Below, one piece after another: positions 39,343 to 48,712 of a stretch of DNA of 64,000 bases. This stretch comes from Armatimonadota bacterium. Lineage in GTDB: Bacteria > Armatimonadota > Zipacnadia > Zipacnadales > UBA5352. The notes under the pieces are model-generated. The model was not told the DNA's origin, did no database searches, and worked only from the letters and a program-made list of their open reading frames with translations. Numbering within the stretch: position 1 is the stretch's first letter; the number at the start of each line of letters is the position of its first letter. The DNA lies in contig JAYENL010000173.1 of assembly GCA_034722055.1 (NCBI GenBank), positions 13,440-77,439 of the forward strand. Direction: 5' to 3'. Both the position numbers and the translations under genes were made by a program.

Positions 39343-39945
39343 TCAGCGCGCGCGGTACTCGAAGACGGTATTGCCCATGGCGATGCGGTCGCGGTCCCGA
39401 AGCTCCACCTCGTCCTCGACACGCTCGCCGTTGACGAAGGTCCCGTTGGTGCTGCCCCGGTCCACCAGGATGCGCCTGCCATCGCGGAGGCAGATGAGGG
39501 CGTGGCGGCTGGAGACGAAGCGATCCCGCAGCCGCAGGGAGTTCTCCTCGCTCCGGCCGACGGTGACCGCCGCGCTCAGCGGCACCTCATCGCCGGCGGC
39601 CCGCTCCTCGTCGTCGCTCTCGATGACCACCAGCCGCGGCGCGCGCGGCTCCTCCCGCATCGGCTCCTCCGAAGCCGGCGCGGGTGGCGGCTGCGGCACA
39701 GGCCGGTCCTCCGCGGCCGTGGGCTCCGGCTCAGGCCGCGTGGCCGCGTCGGCAGCGACCTCACGCGCCCGCCGGCGCTCGGCACGCGGCCTGGCGACCC
39801 GTCGGCGCACCCGCACACCCCCCGTCTCCCGCCGAGACTCGGCGAGAAGCTGGCCGATAATCCCGCGGAAGACCGCGAAGACGAAGCCATACAGCACCGC
39901 CAGCAGCACGTACTTGCCCATGGTCAGCACGACAGTGAGATCCAA
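39343..39945 (-). CDS. Membrane-anchored FHA domain protein (FhaB/FipA-like)
   Basis: N-terminal TM, GR...SSRHA...STNGT FHA motifs. Confidence 0.88.
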   Translation of the reverse strand: MDLTVVLTMGKYVLLAVLYGFVFAVFRGIIGQLLAESRRETGGVRVRRRVARPRAERRRAREVAADAATRPEPEPTAAEDRPVPQPPPAPASEEPMREEPRAPRLVVIESDDEERAAGDEVPLSAAVTVGRSEENSLRLRDRFVSSRHALICLRDGRRILVDRGSTNGTFVNGERVEDEVELRDRDRIAMGNTVFEYRAR

Positions 39946-40028
39946 CGAAGCACCTCCGACAGCTCAGGCCCGGCGTTGATGATGATCGGCGGCAGCACCC
40001 GCCGAATCCTCCTGCAGGCGGCCGGCGC

Positions 40029-40688
40029 TTACTGGCCGGCCTGCACGAATCGAAGCTGGACGAGGCCCACCTCGATCAGGTCGCCGTCGTCCAGCAGCGT
40101 CTCCTCCACCTCGGCCGCGTTGACAAAGGTTCCGTTGCGGCTGCCCAGGTCGCGGATGCGGTAGCCCTGATGCGTCCAGTCGATCTCCGCGTGGCGCCGC
40201 GACACCGCCCGGTCGCTCAGCAGCACCTCGCAGCTCTCCTCGCGCCCGATGACCGCGCGATCCCCGATCTCGAAGCTGCCGCCGCCGGGCTGCCCGGCCA
40301 TCACCAGCAGCCGCGCCCCGGCCGCCGTCTCGTCCAGGCGATGCTCCACCTCGATGCGCCCCGGCCTGCCGCCACCCTTCAGCGTCACCGCCACGCCATC
40401 GCCGCAGGCCCACCCCTGCTCGCGCGCGTGCCGCTGCAGGTGCCGCCCGAGCTGCTCCGCCACCTCATCAGCCACCTCGCCCAGATGCGCCAGGTCCGCA
40501 TCGGACAGATAGACGGTGTAGCGGTTCGGCACATAGGGGACGTCCGTCCCCAGGAGCCTGGCATCCGCCATCTCCCCCTGCAGGCGACGGGCGATCTCCA
40601 ACGGATGCACGCCGCCGCCGTCCAGGCGGGCCAGCCCCCCGTCGATGGCCGACTGCAGGGCATCCTCCAGGCGCCTGAGCAGAGACAC
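40029..40688 (-). CDS. DUF3662 + FHA protein (FhaA-like)
   Basis: VHPLEIARRL, VPNRYTVYLS and IGR...VSRRHA...SRNGT. Confidence 0.9.
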   Translation of the reverse strand: MSLLRRLEDALQSAIDGGLARLDGGGVHPLEIARRLQGEMADARLLGTDVPYVPNRYTVYLSDADLAHLGEVADEVAEQLGRHLQRHAREQGWACGDGVAVTLKGGGRPGRIEVEHRLDETAAGARLLVMAGQPGGGSFEIGDRAVIGREESCEVLLSDRAVSRRHAEIDWTHQGYRIRDLGSRNGTFVNAAEVEETLLDDGDLIEVGLVQLRFVQAGQ

Positions 40689-40709
40689 GGTGACCTCCCC
40701 ACCCGCTGG

Positions 40710-40718
40710 GATTATAGC
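40710..40718 (-). promoter_or_regulatory. Extended -10 promoter of the fha-rodA-pbpA-pknB operon
   Basis: TGCTATAAT on the minus strand about 20 nt upstream of the GTG start, followed by a GGAGG RBS. Confidence 0.65.
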
Positions 40719-40806
40719 AGACAGCGCCGAGCCGCGCCACCGCCCCGCCCCGGTGCGCCCTGCGATTGCCGGTTGCGGGCGAGCTCGCGCGCAATCCAGC
40801 TATGCA

Positions 40807-40833
40807 CTGGGGCGCGGGCGCCCCCGCCCGCGC
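40807..40833 (+). repeat. REP-like palindrome
   Basis: CTGGGGCGCGGGCGCCCCCGCCCGCGC, identical to 54311-54337. Confidence 0.85.
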
Positions 40834-40866
40834 CTTCCGCCGGCACCTGGAATTCGCACTCCCCGC

Positions 40867-42459
40867 TCAGCTCCCGGCGAACTGCTGCACCGCCCGGGCC
40901 ACACGCTGCCCCAGCTCCCGCGCCTGCGCGGCGTCCACCGACGGGAAGCAGGCCCGCACCGTCCACTCCCCAGCGCCGAAGCTCTCCCCCGGCGTCAGAA
41001 TCACCTGCCACTCCCGCGCCAGATGCGTCATGAAATCCCACGGGGCATGACTCCGCAGCGCCTCGGCGAGTTCCATCCCGCCGCGAGCGCGCGCCACGTC
41101 CGTGAGGTCGATGATCGTGGAGTAGCGGCTGCTTGGGCCCTGCGTCCACCGCGGCGTCTCGATGCCCAGACCGCGGTAGAGCGCCTCGATGCGCTCCGCC
41201 AGCTCCCCGCGGACCCACTGGAAGTAGCGGTGGCTGTCCGGCTCCATCAGGTCGTAGAGCGCGCAGAGGCAGATCAGCGCCTGCAGGGGCGTGGAGAGCC
41301 CGCTCATGTGGGTGAAGCTCACGCCCCGGCTGTCGGCGATGATGCGCTCCGTCAGCCCCATCTGCGCCGGCTCCATCGCCCGCCGGCAGTACCACCCGTC
41401 GGCTGCCGCCCGTTCCTCCCCCTCCAGCCGCCACAGGGCCGCCTGGGCCACGCTCTCGGCGTGCATCAGGACCACGCCCAGCCGCATCCCCGCCAGGCCG
41501 AAGTCCTTCGACACGCTGTAGACACCGATGGTGTTGCGCGGGAGGCGGGCGATCTCCGTCTCCACCGGGCTGTCCAGGAACTGCATGTAGACGTAGTCCG
41601 CAAGGGTAAGCAGGTCCGGATGGGCCTCCGCCGCCCGCTGGAGGGCGTCGAGGCTGCCCGGATCGGTCGTCACTGGAACCGGGTTACCGGGCGAGACCGT
41701 GACGGCCATGCGCACGCCGGGGTCGATGAGCCTCTCCAGGTCCTCGGCCTCCGCCGCCCAGCCGGCCTCCGGATCGCGGTGGATGGGCACCACCTCGCAG
41801 CCGAGCTGGCACTCCACCAGGTCGCGCAGCGGCTCGTAGGTCGGCCACCACATGGCGACCCGATCTCCGGGCGAGATGAGGCCGTTGCGCGCCAGCGTGG
41901 TGGCGACCTGGGCGATGCCGGTGGTCGCGCCCTCGCAGGCGATGACCTCGAACTGCGCCGCCAGGTCCGCGTCCCCGCCGAACAGCAGCGGTGCCAGGTA
42001 GCGGGCCATGATGGGCTGCACGAAGTCCAGCGTGGGTGGCTCAGGGTAGGCGCGGCCGGCCGCGGCCTCGGCGAAGCGGAAGGCGATCTCCTCGCGCGAC
42101 CAGCCCCGCAGCACCGTCCGGGCCAGCAAGTCCCAGCCGCGCTGCAGGAAGCGGCAGCCCTCCGCCAGGCCTCCCGGCGCACCCTCGCAGCGCGACGCGA
42201 ACTCGTCGAAGGCCGATAGGTGTGACTCGCCGGGGGCCAGCGAGAGGGCTACATGCGGATCATGCGAGCGACGCGAGGCCGCCTGCGCCGAATACAGCCC
42301 CAGGGCATGCCAGGCGGCCAGCACCAGCGGCTGCTGCCAGTTCGCGGCCCCGCGGGAGGCGTCCAGCAGCTCCGGGTCCTCGCGCTCCGACCCCGCCGCC
42401 TCCTCCAGCAGCACGTCACGCAGCAGGAACGGGCTCTTCCCGCCCGCCTTCAGTTCCAC
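40867..42459 (-). CDS. Aspartate 4-decarboxylase-like PLP enzyme (class I aminotransferase fold)
   Basis: SPFLLRD, LDASRG..NW, EGATTG, DYVY, YSVSKDFGLAGMRLG and ADSRGVSFTHMSGLSTPLQ. Confidence 0.8.
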   Translation of the reverse strand: MELKAGGKSPFLLRDVLLEEAAGSEREDPELLDASRGAANWQQPLVLAAWHALGLYSAQAASRRSHDPHVALSLAPGESHLSAFDEFASRCEGAPGGLAEGCRFLQRGWDLLARTVLRGWSREEIAFRFAEAAAGRAYPEPPTLDFVQPIMARYLAPLLFGGDADLAAQFEVIACEGATTGIAQVATTLARNGLISPGDRVAMWWPTYEPLRDLVECQLGCEVVPIHRDPEAGWAAEAEDLERLIDPGVRMAVTVSPGNPVPVTTDPGSLDALQRAAEAHPDLLTLADYVYMQFLDSPVETEIARLPRNTIGVYSVSKDFGLAGMRLGVVLMHAESVAQAALWRLEGEERAAADGWYCRRAMEPAQMGLTERIIADSRGVSFTHMSGLSTPLQALICLCALYDLMEPDSHRYFQWVRGELAERIEALYRGLGIETPRWTQGPSSRYSTIIDLTDVARARGGMELAEALRSHAPWDFMTHLAREWQVILTPGESFGAGEWTVRACFPSVDAAQARELGQRVARAVQQFAGS

Positions 42460-42633
42460 AGGCAGTCCTCCGATCTACTCCAATGGTTGCTGGCCGACCG
42501 GCGCGCGGGAAGTGTATCGGGTCGGTGCGACAGCGTCAACACGACGGTCTGAAAGGGACGGAAGTGTGAACACGCCGGGGCATCCAGGCGTCAAAGACAG
42601 TGAAGACACGCAGCATTGAGAGGCCTTTTGAGG

Positions 42634-42662
42634 TTTACAGGCGGGCCGAGGCCTGGTATACT
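42634..42662 (+). promoter_or_regulatory. Sigma70-type promoter of ssrA
   Basis: TTTACA-17 nt-TATACT, with TG extension. Confidence 0.75.
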
Positions 42663-42688
42663 GGACGGTGCGCACGTTGACAAGTGGT

Positions 42689-43037
42689 GGGGGCGATCGG
42701 ATTCGACGGAGAGCTGGTGAGTCGAGGCTGCGAGCCGAGGTCTCCGGCACCTCGTAAAACCCGGAAACCCCATAACTGCCAACACCAACTTGGCACTCGC
42801 GGCTTAAGTAGTCGCGACGTCCGCCTGACCTTCGCCGATCAGGTCAGGGCCGGACGTCATGAGATCGGCCGAAGCGCGCGCCTTTGTCCGGTTAGCGCGC
42901 GGGGGTAACAGAACCGGGCCTGCCGCGACGGACCCTGCGCCCGGGGGCCGTCCCGGCTACGCAAAGCGGGCGCTACGCTCGTAGAGGCTTCGGACACCCC
43001 TTTTCGGACGCGGGTTCAATTCCCGCCGCCTCCACCA
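42689..43037 (+). ncRNA. ssrA: tmRNA, proteolysis tag (A)ANTNLALAA
   Basis: 5' GGGGGCGATCGGATTCGAC, 3' GCGGGTTCAATTCCCGCCGCCTCCACCA with G-U acceptor pair; tag ORF 42778-42807 after ATAACT. Confidence 0.96.
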
Positions 43038-43078
43038 GTTGCCAATGTCAGCGGCTATGCGGAGTCCGCCCACGAGCG

Positions 43079-43106
43079 CGCCCGCCGTCCTCACGGCGGG
43101 CGTTTC
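43079..43106. terminator. Hairpin between convergent ssrA and rrf2
   Basis: CGCCCGCCGT-CCTC-ACGGCGGGCG then TTTC. Confidence 0.6.
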
Positions 43107-43127
43107 AGCGTACTGCGCCGACTGCCC

Positions 43128-43550
43128 TCAGTCCTGCTTCGCCGCGTGTGCGGCAATGAGGCCGTGGACGGTGGTGTTGTCGTAGACCTCGATCACGGCC
43201 TGATGCGCTGCCGTCCACATCTCGCGGAAGGGGCACTCGCCATACAGCTCGCAGACGGCTGAGCCCTCCATCATGCAGTGCACGGGCACCAGCGGACCCT
43301 CGATGAAGCGGATAACCTCGCCCACGGTGACCGGCTGGGTGGGGTCCGCGAGCATGTATCCCCCATTCTTGCCCCGCTTGGAATCGACGAACCCTCCCCG
43401 CCTGAGCTGGGCCAGGATGTTCTCGAGGAATCGCGGAGGAATGGCCTGCGCCTTGGCAATCTCGCCGCTTTTCACGGGCCACTCTCCCTCCCGGCGGGTA
43501 ATCTCATACATGGCGCGAATCGCGTACTGGCACTTGTGCGAGAGAATCAC
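43128..43550 (-). CDS. Rrf2 family transcriptional regulator with three Cys (probable Fe-S)
   Basis: YAIRAM, IPPRFLENIL, SKRGKNGGYML and C-x7-C-x5-C; GTG start after GGGAGG. Confidence 0.9.
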   Translation of the reverse strand: MILSHKCQYAIRAMYEITRREGEWPVKSGEIAKAQAIPPRFLENILAQLRRGGFVDSKRGKNGGYMLADPTQPVTVGEVIRFIEGPLVPVHCMMEGSAVCELYGECPFREMWTAAHQAVIEVYDNTTVHGLIAAHAAKQD

Positions 43551-43895
43551 AGTCGGCCTCCCGTTGCTGGAGTCTGCGACCACTCCCCGCCCCCGAGCTC
43601 GGTGATGCACACATGCTACCACAGAATCGGCAAAGTTGCACACCTCTGCGGCAGGTTTGCTTCGGGTACCCTCCCATCGCACGCGTCTCAGCCGGGCTGA
43701 TGCAGGCCGTGACGCCCGACGCTGAAGGCGCGCACGGCAGCTCTGTCACCCGGCCTCATAGCCACCGCTGTGTGCGACGCGATGCACCCGAGTACTCCCG
43801 GCTGCGGCATCGCAACCCGGTCTTGCGCCCGGCGGTGTCTTCCGTTAGACTGCACGCAATCAGTGAAGTTCCATCCCTGTGAGAGAAACCCCACC

Positions 43896-46694
43896 ATGAA
43901 GATACTGATCCTCGGCTGCGGCGTCTTCGAGCCGGAGCTGCAGTCGGTGATTGGCGACAGCCCACATGAGGTTGACTTCGAGCCCCTGCAGGCGGGCCTG
44001 CATGAGACCCCCGGCAGGCTGCGCGAGACCCTCCAACGTGCCATCGACCGGGCGGCGCAGGCCGGCTATGACGCTGTGGCACTGGCCTACGGCCTCTGCG
44101 GGCGGGGCACCGCCGGGCTGGTCGCCAGCGGCATCACCGTGGTCATCCCCCGGGTGCACGACTGCCTGACGCTCTTCCTGGGCTCGCGCGAGGAGTACCG
44201 CCGGCAGTTCCGGCGCCATCCAGGCACCTACTACATCACCCCCGGCTGGTTCACGCACAAGCTGGGACTGGATCAGACCGGGCGGCTGCGGAGCTGGAGC
44301 CACAATGCCCGGGATCACCCGCGCTTCGCGGAGCTGGCGGAGCAGTACGGTGAGGAGTCCGCGGCCGAGATCCTGCAGTTCCTGGGGAGCTGGAAGCGCA
44401 ACTACACCCGAGTGGCGGTCATCGACACCGGCTGCGGCCAGGTCGATGAGTGCCGCCGCTTCGCAGAGCGTGTGGCCGAGAACCTGGGATGGCACCACGA
44501 GGCCCTGGACGGCGATACGGCCATCCTCCGCGACCTGGCCTTCGGGGAGTGGGACCAGGAGCACTTCCTGGTGCTCGAGCCCGGCCAGCGCTCTGCCTCC
44601 AGCGGCGATCAGCAGGTCCTGGTCGCGGTCCTCCCAGGCCAGCCCGTCGAGGAGGGCGGCGAGGCGCTCCAGGCGCTGGTGGCGGGCGCTGAGGGGACGG
44701 TGGTGGTCCGCTGCGGGCTGGGCCTGGGCATCGACGCCGGCGGCACCTACACCGACGCGGTGGTCTACGACTTCGCGGCCGAGCGCGTGCTCTCGAAGGC
44801 CAAGGCCCTCACCACGCACCACGACCCCCTCATCGGCATCGGCGACGCCCTCGACCGGCTGGAGGAGGGGCTGCTGGAACGCGTGACGCTGGCAGCCCTG
44901 TCCACGACCTTTGCCACCAACGCCATCGTGGAGGATCGCGGCGGCCAGCCCGGCTGCATCATCATGCCCCATGATGGCTTCGACGAGGCCCGCGTGCACT
45001 GGCCGCACTACGCCCTCGTGGGCGGGCGCATGAGCATCGGCGGCGAGGAGCTGGGGCCCTTCGATGCCGATGGCTGCCGGCGAGCGGTGCAGGAGCTGAT
45101 GGACGCGGGGGTGGATGCCTTCGCCGTCTCAGGCTACGCCAGCGTCCGCAACCCCGGGCACGAGCTGGCGGCCCGGGAGATCATCCGCCAGGAGTGCGAC
45201 CTGCCGGTGGTCTGCGGCCACGAGCTCTCTGCGCGGCTCAACTTCATCTCCCGCGCCAACACCGCCGCCCTCAACGCCCGGCTGCTTCCCCTCCTCGAGC
45301 GCCTCCTCGACGCCGCGCGCCGCACGCTGGCTGATCGCGGCGTCACCGCGCCGCTGATGGTGGTGAAGGGCGACGGCTCGCTCATCAACGTCACCACCGC
45401 CCGGCTGCGGCCGGTGGAGACGATTCTCTCCGGCCCTGCGGCCAGCGTCCTGGGCGCCAGGCACCTGGTGGCCCAGGACGACGCCATGGTCATCGACGTG
45501 GGCGGCACGACCACGGACGCGGCCATCATCGAGGAGGGCCAGCCGCGGCTGTCGCCGCGAGGTGCCCGCGTCGGCGGCTGGCAGACCTCCGTGGAGGCCG
45601 TGCAGGTCCGCACCATGGGCCTGGGGGGCGATAGCGTCCTGGACTTCAATGCCGACCGCGATCTGCTGGTCGGCCCCCACCGGGTGCTGCCCCTGTGCTA
45701 CCTGGCGGCCTCGGGCCGAGAGGGCCTGGCCGCCGAGCTGGACCGCGTGGGGCTACGCAACGAGGCCGTGCGCACCTGCGCCATGTCCATCGACTACCTG
45801 CTTCCGGGGCCACTGGCCGAGCACCGACGACTGACGGGCGAGGAGCAGCGCACCCTCGATGTCCTCGACGGCGAGGCCGTCAGCCGCGGCGCGCTGGCGG
45901 TCCGCCTGGGGCTGGCGTCTCCGCGACTGCTGAACACGCGGCGGATGGAGGACCGCGGGGTGCTGGCGCGCTCGGCCCTGACCCCCACCGACCTGCTGCA
46001 TCACTCCGGGCGGTTCACCGCCTGGGACGTGGCCGCGGCCACCGCCGGTGTGCGGGCCTTCGCGCGCCTGTTCGGCTGCGAGCCTGAGGAGCTGCTGTCG
46101 CTGGCCTGGGAGCGCATCGGCCGGATGCTGGGGCTGATGGTGGTGGCGGAGGAGCTGGGGCCTGAGTGCGGGCTCGAGGCGGAGCTTGAGGACTCCCAGA
46201 CCCTGCGGCTGGTCATGGAGCGAATCCTCGCTCACTCCTGCGAGGAGCCCTTGACCTTCCGGCCGCGCTACGACCGTCCCATCGCGGGCATCGGCGCCCC
46301 CGCAGAGGCCTTCTTGCCTCCGCTGTCGGAGCGACTGGGCTGCCACGTGGTCGTGCCGGAGCACGCCGAGGTTGCCAACGCCGTGGGCGCCATCGTCAGT
46401 CACGTGGCGGCCTCGGAGGTGGTGGCGGTACGGCCCAGCGAGTACGATGCCTTCACCGTCTACGCGCCGAGCGGCAGGCGGGAGTTCGAGAGCCTCTCGG
46501 ACGCGGCGGCCTTCGCCGCTGAGGAGGCCGCGAGACTCGCCCGGGAGCGAGCGGTGGCGGCCGGCGCCGCACAGCCGCGGGTCGAGGTGAAGCTCGACCG
46601 CCGACTCGGCCGGCTGTCCACCGGCGAGGAGCAGATCATCGAGGTCAGTGTGCGGGCCACCGCCGTGGGCTATCCGGCGGCGGCCGCCACCTAG
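43896..46694 (+). CDS. DUF1638 + hydantoinase/oxoprolinase A fusion
   Basis: GLHETP, YGLCG, PRVHDC and YYITPGW (DUF1638); GIDAGGTYTD, TILSGPAAS, DVGGTTTD and VANAVGA. Confidence 0.85.
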   Translation: MKILILGCGVFEPELQSVIGDSPHEVDFEPLQAGLHETPGRLRETLQRAIDRAAQAGYDAVALAYGLCGRGTAGLVASGITVVIPRVHDCLTLFLGSREEYRRQFRRHPGTYYITPGWFTHKLGLDQTGRLRSWSHNARDHPRFAELAEQYGEESAAEILQFLGSWKRNYTRVAVIDTGCGQVDECRRFAERVAENLGWHHEALDGDTAILRDLAFGEWDQEHFLVLEPGQRSASSGDQQVLVAVLPGQPVEEGGEALQALVAGAEGTVVVRCGLGLGIDAGGTYTDAVVYDFAAERVLSKAKALTTHHDPLIGIGDALDRLEEGLLERVTLAALSTTFATNAIVEDRGGQPGCIIMPHDGFDEARVHWPHYALVGGRMSIGGEELGPFDADGCRRAVQELMDAGVDAFAVSGYASVRNPGHELAAREIIRQECDLPVVCGHELSARLNFISRANTAALNARLLPLLERLLDAARRTLADRGVTAPLMVVKGDGSLINVTTARLRPVETILSGPAASVLGARHLVAQDDAMVIDVGGTTTDAAIIEEGQPRLSPRGARVGGWQTSVEAVQVRTMGLGGDSVLDFNADRDLLVGPHRVLPLCYLAASGREGLAAELDRVGLRNEAVRTCAMSIDYLLPGPLAEHRRLTGEEQRTLDVLDGEAVSRGALAVRLGLASPRLLNTRRMEDRGVLARSALTPTDLLHHSGRFTAWDVAAATAGVRAFARLFGCEPEELLSLAWERIGRMLGLMVVAEELGPECGLEAELEDSQTLRLVMERILAHSCEEPLTFRPRYDRPIAGIGAPAEAFLPPLSERLGCHVVVPEHAEVANAVGAIVSHVAASEVVAVRPSEYDAFTVYAPSGRREFESLSDAAAFAAEEAARLARERAVAAGAAQPRVEVKLDRRLGRLSTGEEQIIEVSVRATAVGYPAAAAT

Positions 46695-46702
46695 CAAGCG
46701 AG

Positions 46703-47500
46703 GTGTCTATCGTGGAGAATCAGACTTTCGTCACGTGGGCCTCACAGATCCAGATCCTCATGGAGGGACAGTTGGAGCGTCAGGTGACGCAGGCGCTGGA
46801 GGAGCTCATCTCCGAGGAGCGCTGGGACCTGCTCAGCCACCTGATGCTCACCGGCTCGGAGTTCTCGGTCCGGCGCATCGCCGACTCCCTTATCGAGCGC
46901 GAGGTCTTCGAGCCGCTCGTAGCGGGAGCCTGTCTGCGACGGGAGGTGCGCCGCTCGCTGCCCAGCGGGCCGGCGGACCTCGGCGCGGACCGCATCTTCC
47001 GCGACTTCGAGGCCCCGGAGGACGGCGAGGCCGGCGTGCCGGACCACATCATGGAGGAGGCCGAGGCCATCTCCAAGCACGCCCAGCAGACTCGGCGCAT
47101 CGCGGCTCAGCGCGAGGCCCAACTCGACCGCGATCCCATGCGCACTTACATCGTGGACCGCCTCGGCGAGCTGCTCAACACCTCCGAGGAGGCCATGGAG
47201 GCCATGCTCGCCATCGCCCGCACCTCGGCGTTTGAGGAGACCGCTCGCATGGCGGCTATGAAGTTAGGCAGCAGCAAGATCGTCATGGGGCGCATCAGTC
47301 GCGCCGGGCGCGTCGTTGACATGCTGGCCGTGGCGGAGGCCGCCGGCTCACAGGCCGTGGAGACCATGATCGCGCGCACGCTCGCTGAGTCGATGCCGGA
47401 GTCCTCCGATCCGTCGTACCGTCCAGCCCTTCAGTTCGTCGCCGAGCATCATCCCCAGGAGGCCACCCGTCAGGCCGCCCGCCAGGCCCTGAGCGGGTGA
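46703..47500 (+). CDS. Hypothetical alpha-helical protein
   Basis: Host-like codon usage, operon position, no motif recognised. Confidence 0.65.
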   Translation: MSIVENQTFVTWASQIQILMEGQLERQVTQALEELISEERWDLLSHLMLTGSEFSVRRIADSLIEREVFEPLVAGACLRREVRRSLPSGPADLGADRIFRDFEAPEDGEAGVPDHIMEEAEAISKHAQQTRRIAAQREAQLDRDPMRTYIVDRLGELLNTSEEAMEAMLAIARTSAFEETARMAAMKLGSSKIVMGRISRAGRVVDMLAVAEAAGSQAVETMIARTLAESMPESSDPSYRPALQFVAEHHPQEATRQAARQALSG

Positions 47501-47595
47501 GGGACGGTCGGATACGTGACCGTCACGCGTCGCGGCCGGACGCCGCGTCCGACCCGCGCGCGTGACTCACACTCGGAGAGAGGTCGCACAGCACC

Positions 47596-48678
47596 GTGGA
47601 CTACCGCAGCAGGTGGCAGGAGAAGCGCCGCCTCAGGGCCACGCGCACGCGGCTGATCGCCATCGCGGCAATGCTGGTCGCGGCCGCGGCCTTCGCAGCG
47701 TCGTGGCGCAGCCTCGTCCGGCCGGCCCCGTCCGGCTACGCCCTTCCCAGCGCCGACGTCTGCTGGCTCGCCGCCGGCGAGGACTTCATACTCGTGTGCG
47801 CCCGATCGGGGCGGCTGGCCCGCCTCGGCCCCGGACTGTCGGAGGATGAGGCCACCTGGCCATGGCACTTCACCCACCCGGCGGGCTTCTGGGGCGCTCC
47901 GGCGCTGCTGTCGGGTCTGGCCTACATCGGCTGCGAGGACGTCCGCCTGCGTGCCGTGGATGTGTCCACGGGCCTGCAGGCCTGGGAGTACGAGGCCGCC
48001 GCGTCGGTGCCCGGCGCCACCGCCGCCGGCGACAGCGTGTACTTCGGCGATGACGCCGGGATGCTCTACGCCATCAGCGCCTCCGGCGAGCTGCGGTGGC
48101 GGGTGGAGCTGGGCGCGGCCGTGGCCGCCGCGCCGCTGGTCACCGACGAGGCGGTGGTCGTGGGGACGCTCGAGGGCCAAGTGCACTGCCTCGACACAGC
48201 GGACGGGAGCCCCCTGTGGACGGTGGAGGCGGACGGCCCCGTCTACTGCTCCCCGACCATGGGCCCCAGCAGCATCCTGCTGGGGGACGACTCCGGCGCC
48301 GTGCACAGCATCACCCGCGAGGGCCAGCGGCTGGCGTCGCTGCAGCTTGAGGGCCTCGTCCGGGCGCCTGTCGCCGTGCACGAGGCCGTGGTGGTCGCCG
48401 GGGACACCTCCGGGACGCTGGTGCGCATCAACCCCAGCGAGATGACCCGCCTGTGGACGGCGCAACTGTCCGGCCCCATCGCCGTGGAGCCGGTGATCCT
48501 GGGAGACGCCATCTGGTGCGGCGCCGGCAGCAGCCTGGTGGAGGTCAGCGCGGAGCAGGGGCGCATCATCTCTCGACACGTGGCTGAGGCGCAGACATGC
48601 GACCTCATCGCGGCCCACGGGCTCCTCTACTGGGCCACCACCGACGGACGCATCATGGCCGTGCAGCCGGAGCAGTGA
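47596..48678 (+). CDS. PQQ-like beta-propeller repeat protein (BamB-like)
   Basis: N-terminal TM and repeated xDxxTGxxxW / GxLRW motifs. Confidence 0.85.
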   Translation: MDYRSRWQEKRRLRATRTRLIAIAAMLVAAAAFAASWRSLVRPAPSGYALPSADVCWLAAGEDFILVCARSGRLARLGPGLSEDEATWPWHFTHPAGFWGAPALLSGLAYIGCEDVRLRAVDVSTGLQAWEYEAAASVPGATAAGDSVYFGDDAGMLYAISASGELRWRVELGAAVAAAPLVTDEAVVVGTLEGQVHCLDTADGSPLWTVEADGPVYCSPTMGPSSILLGDDSGAVHSITREGQRLASLQLEGLVRAPVAVHEAVVVAGDTSGTLVRINPSEMTRLWTAQLSGPIAVEPVILGDAIWCGAGSSLVEVSAEQGRIISRHVAEAQTCDLIAAHGLLYWATTDGRIMAVQPEQ

Positions 48679-48712
48679 CGCCGCGGCAACGAAACGAGGG
48701 CTGGGAGGGCTG

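Noticed and set aside
43037..43130. Possible island integrated at the tmRNA 3' end
   Set aside because: No integrase, no duplicated ssrA 3' end noticed, and no compositional shift
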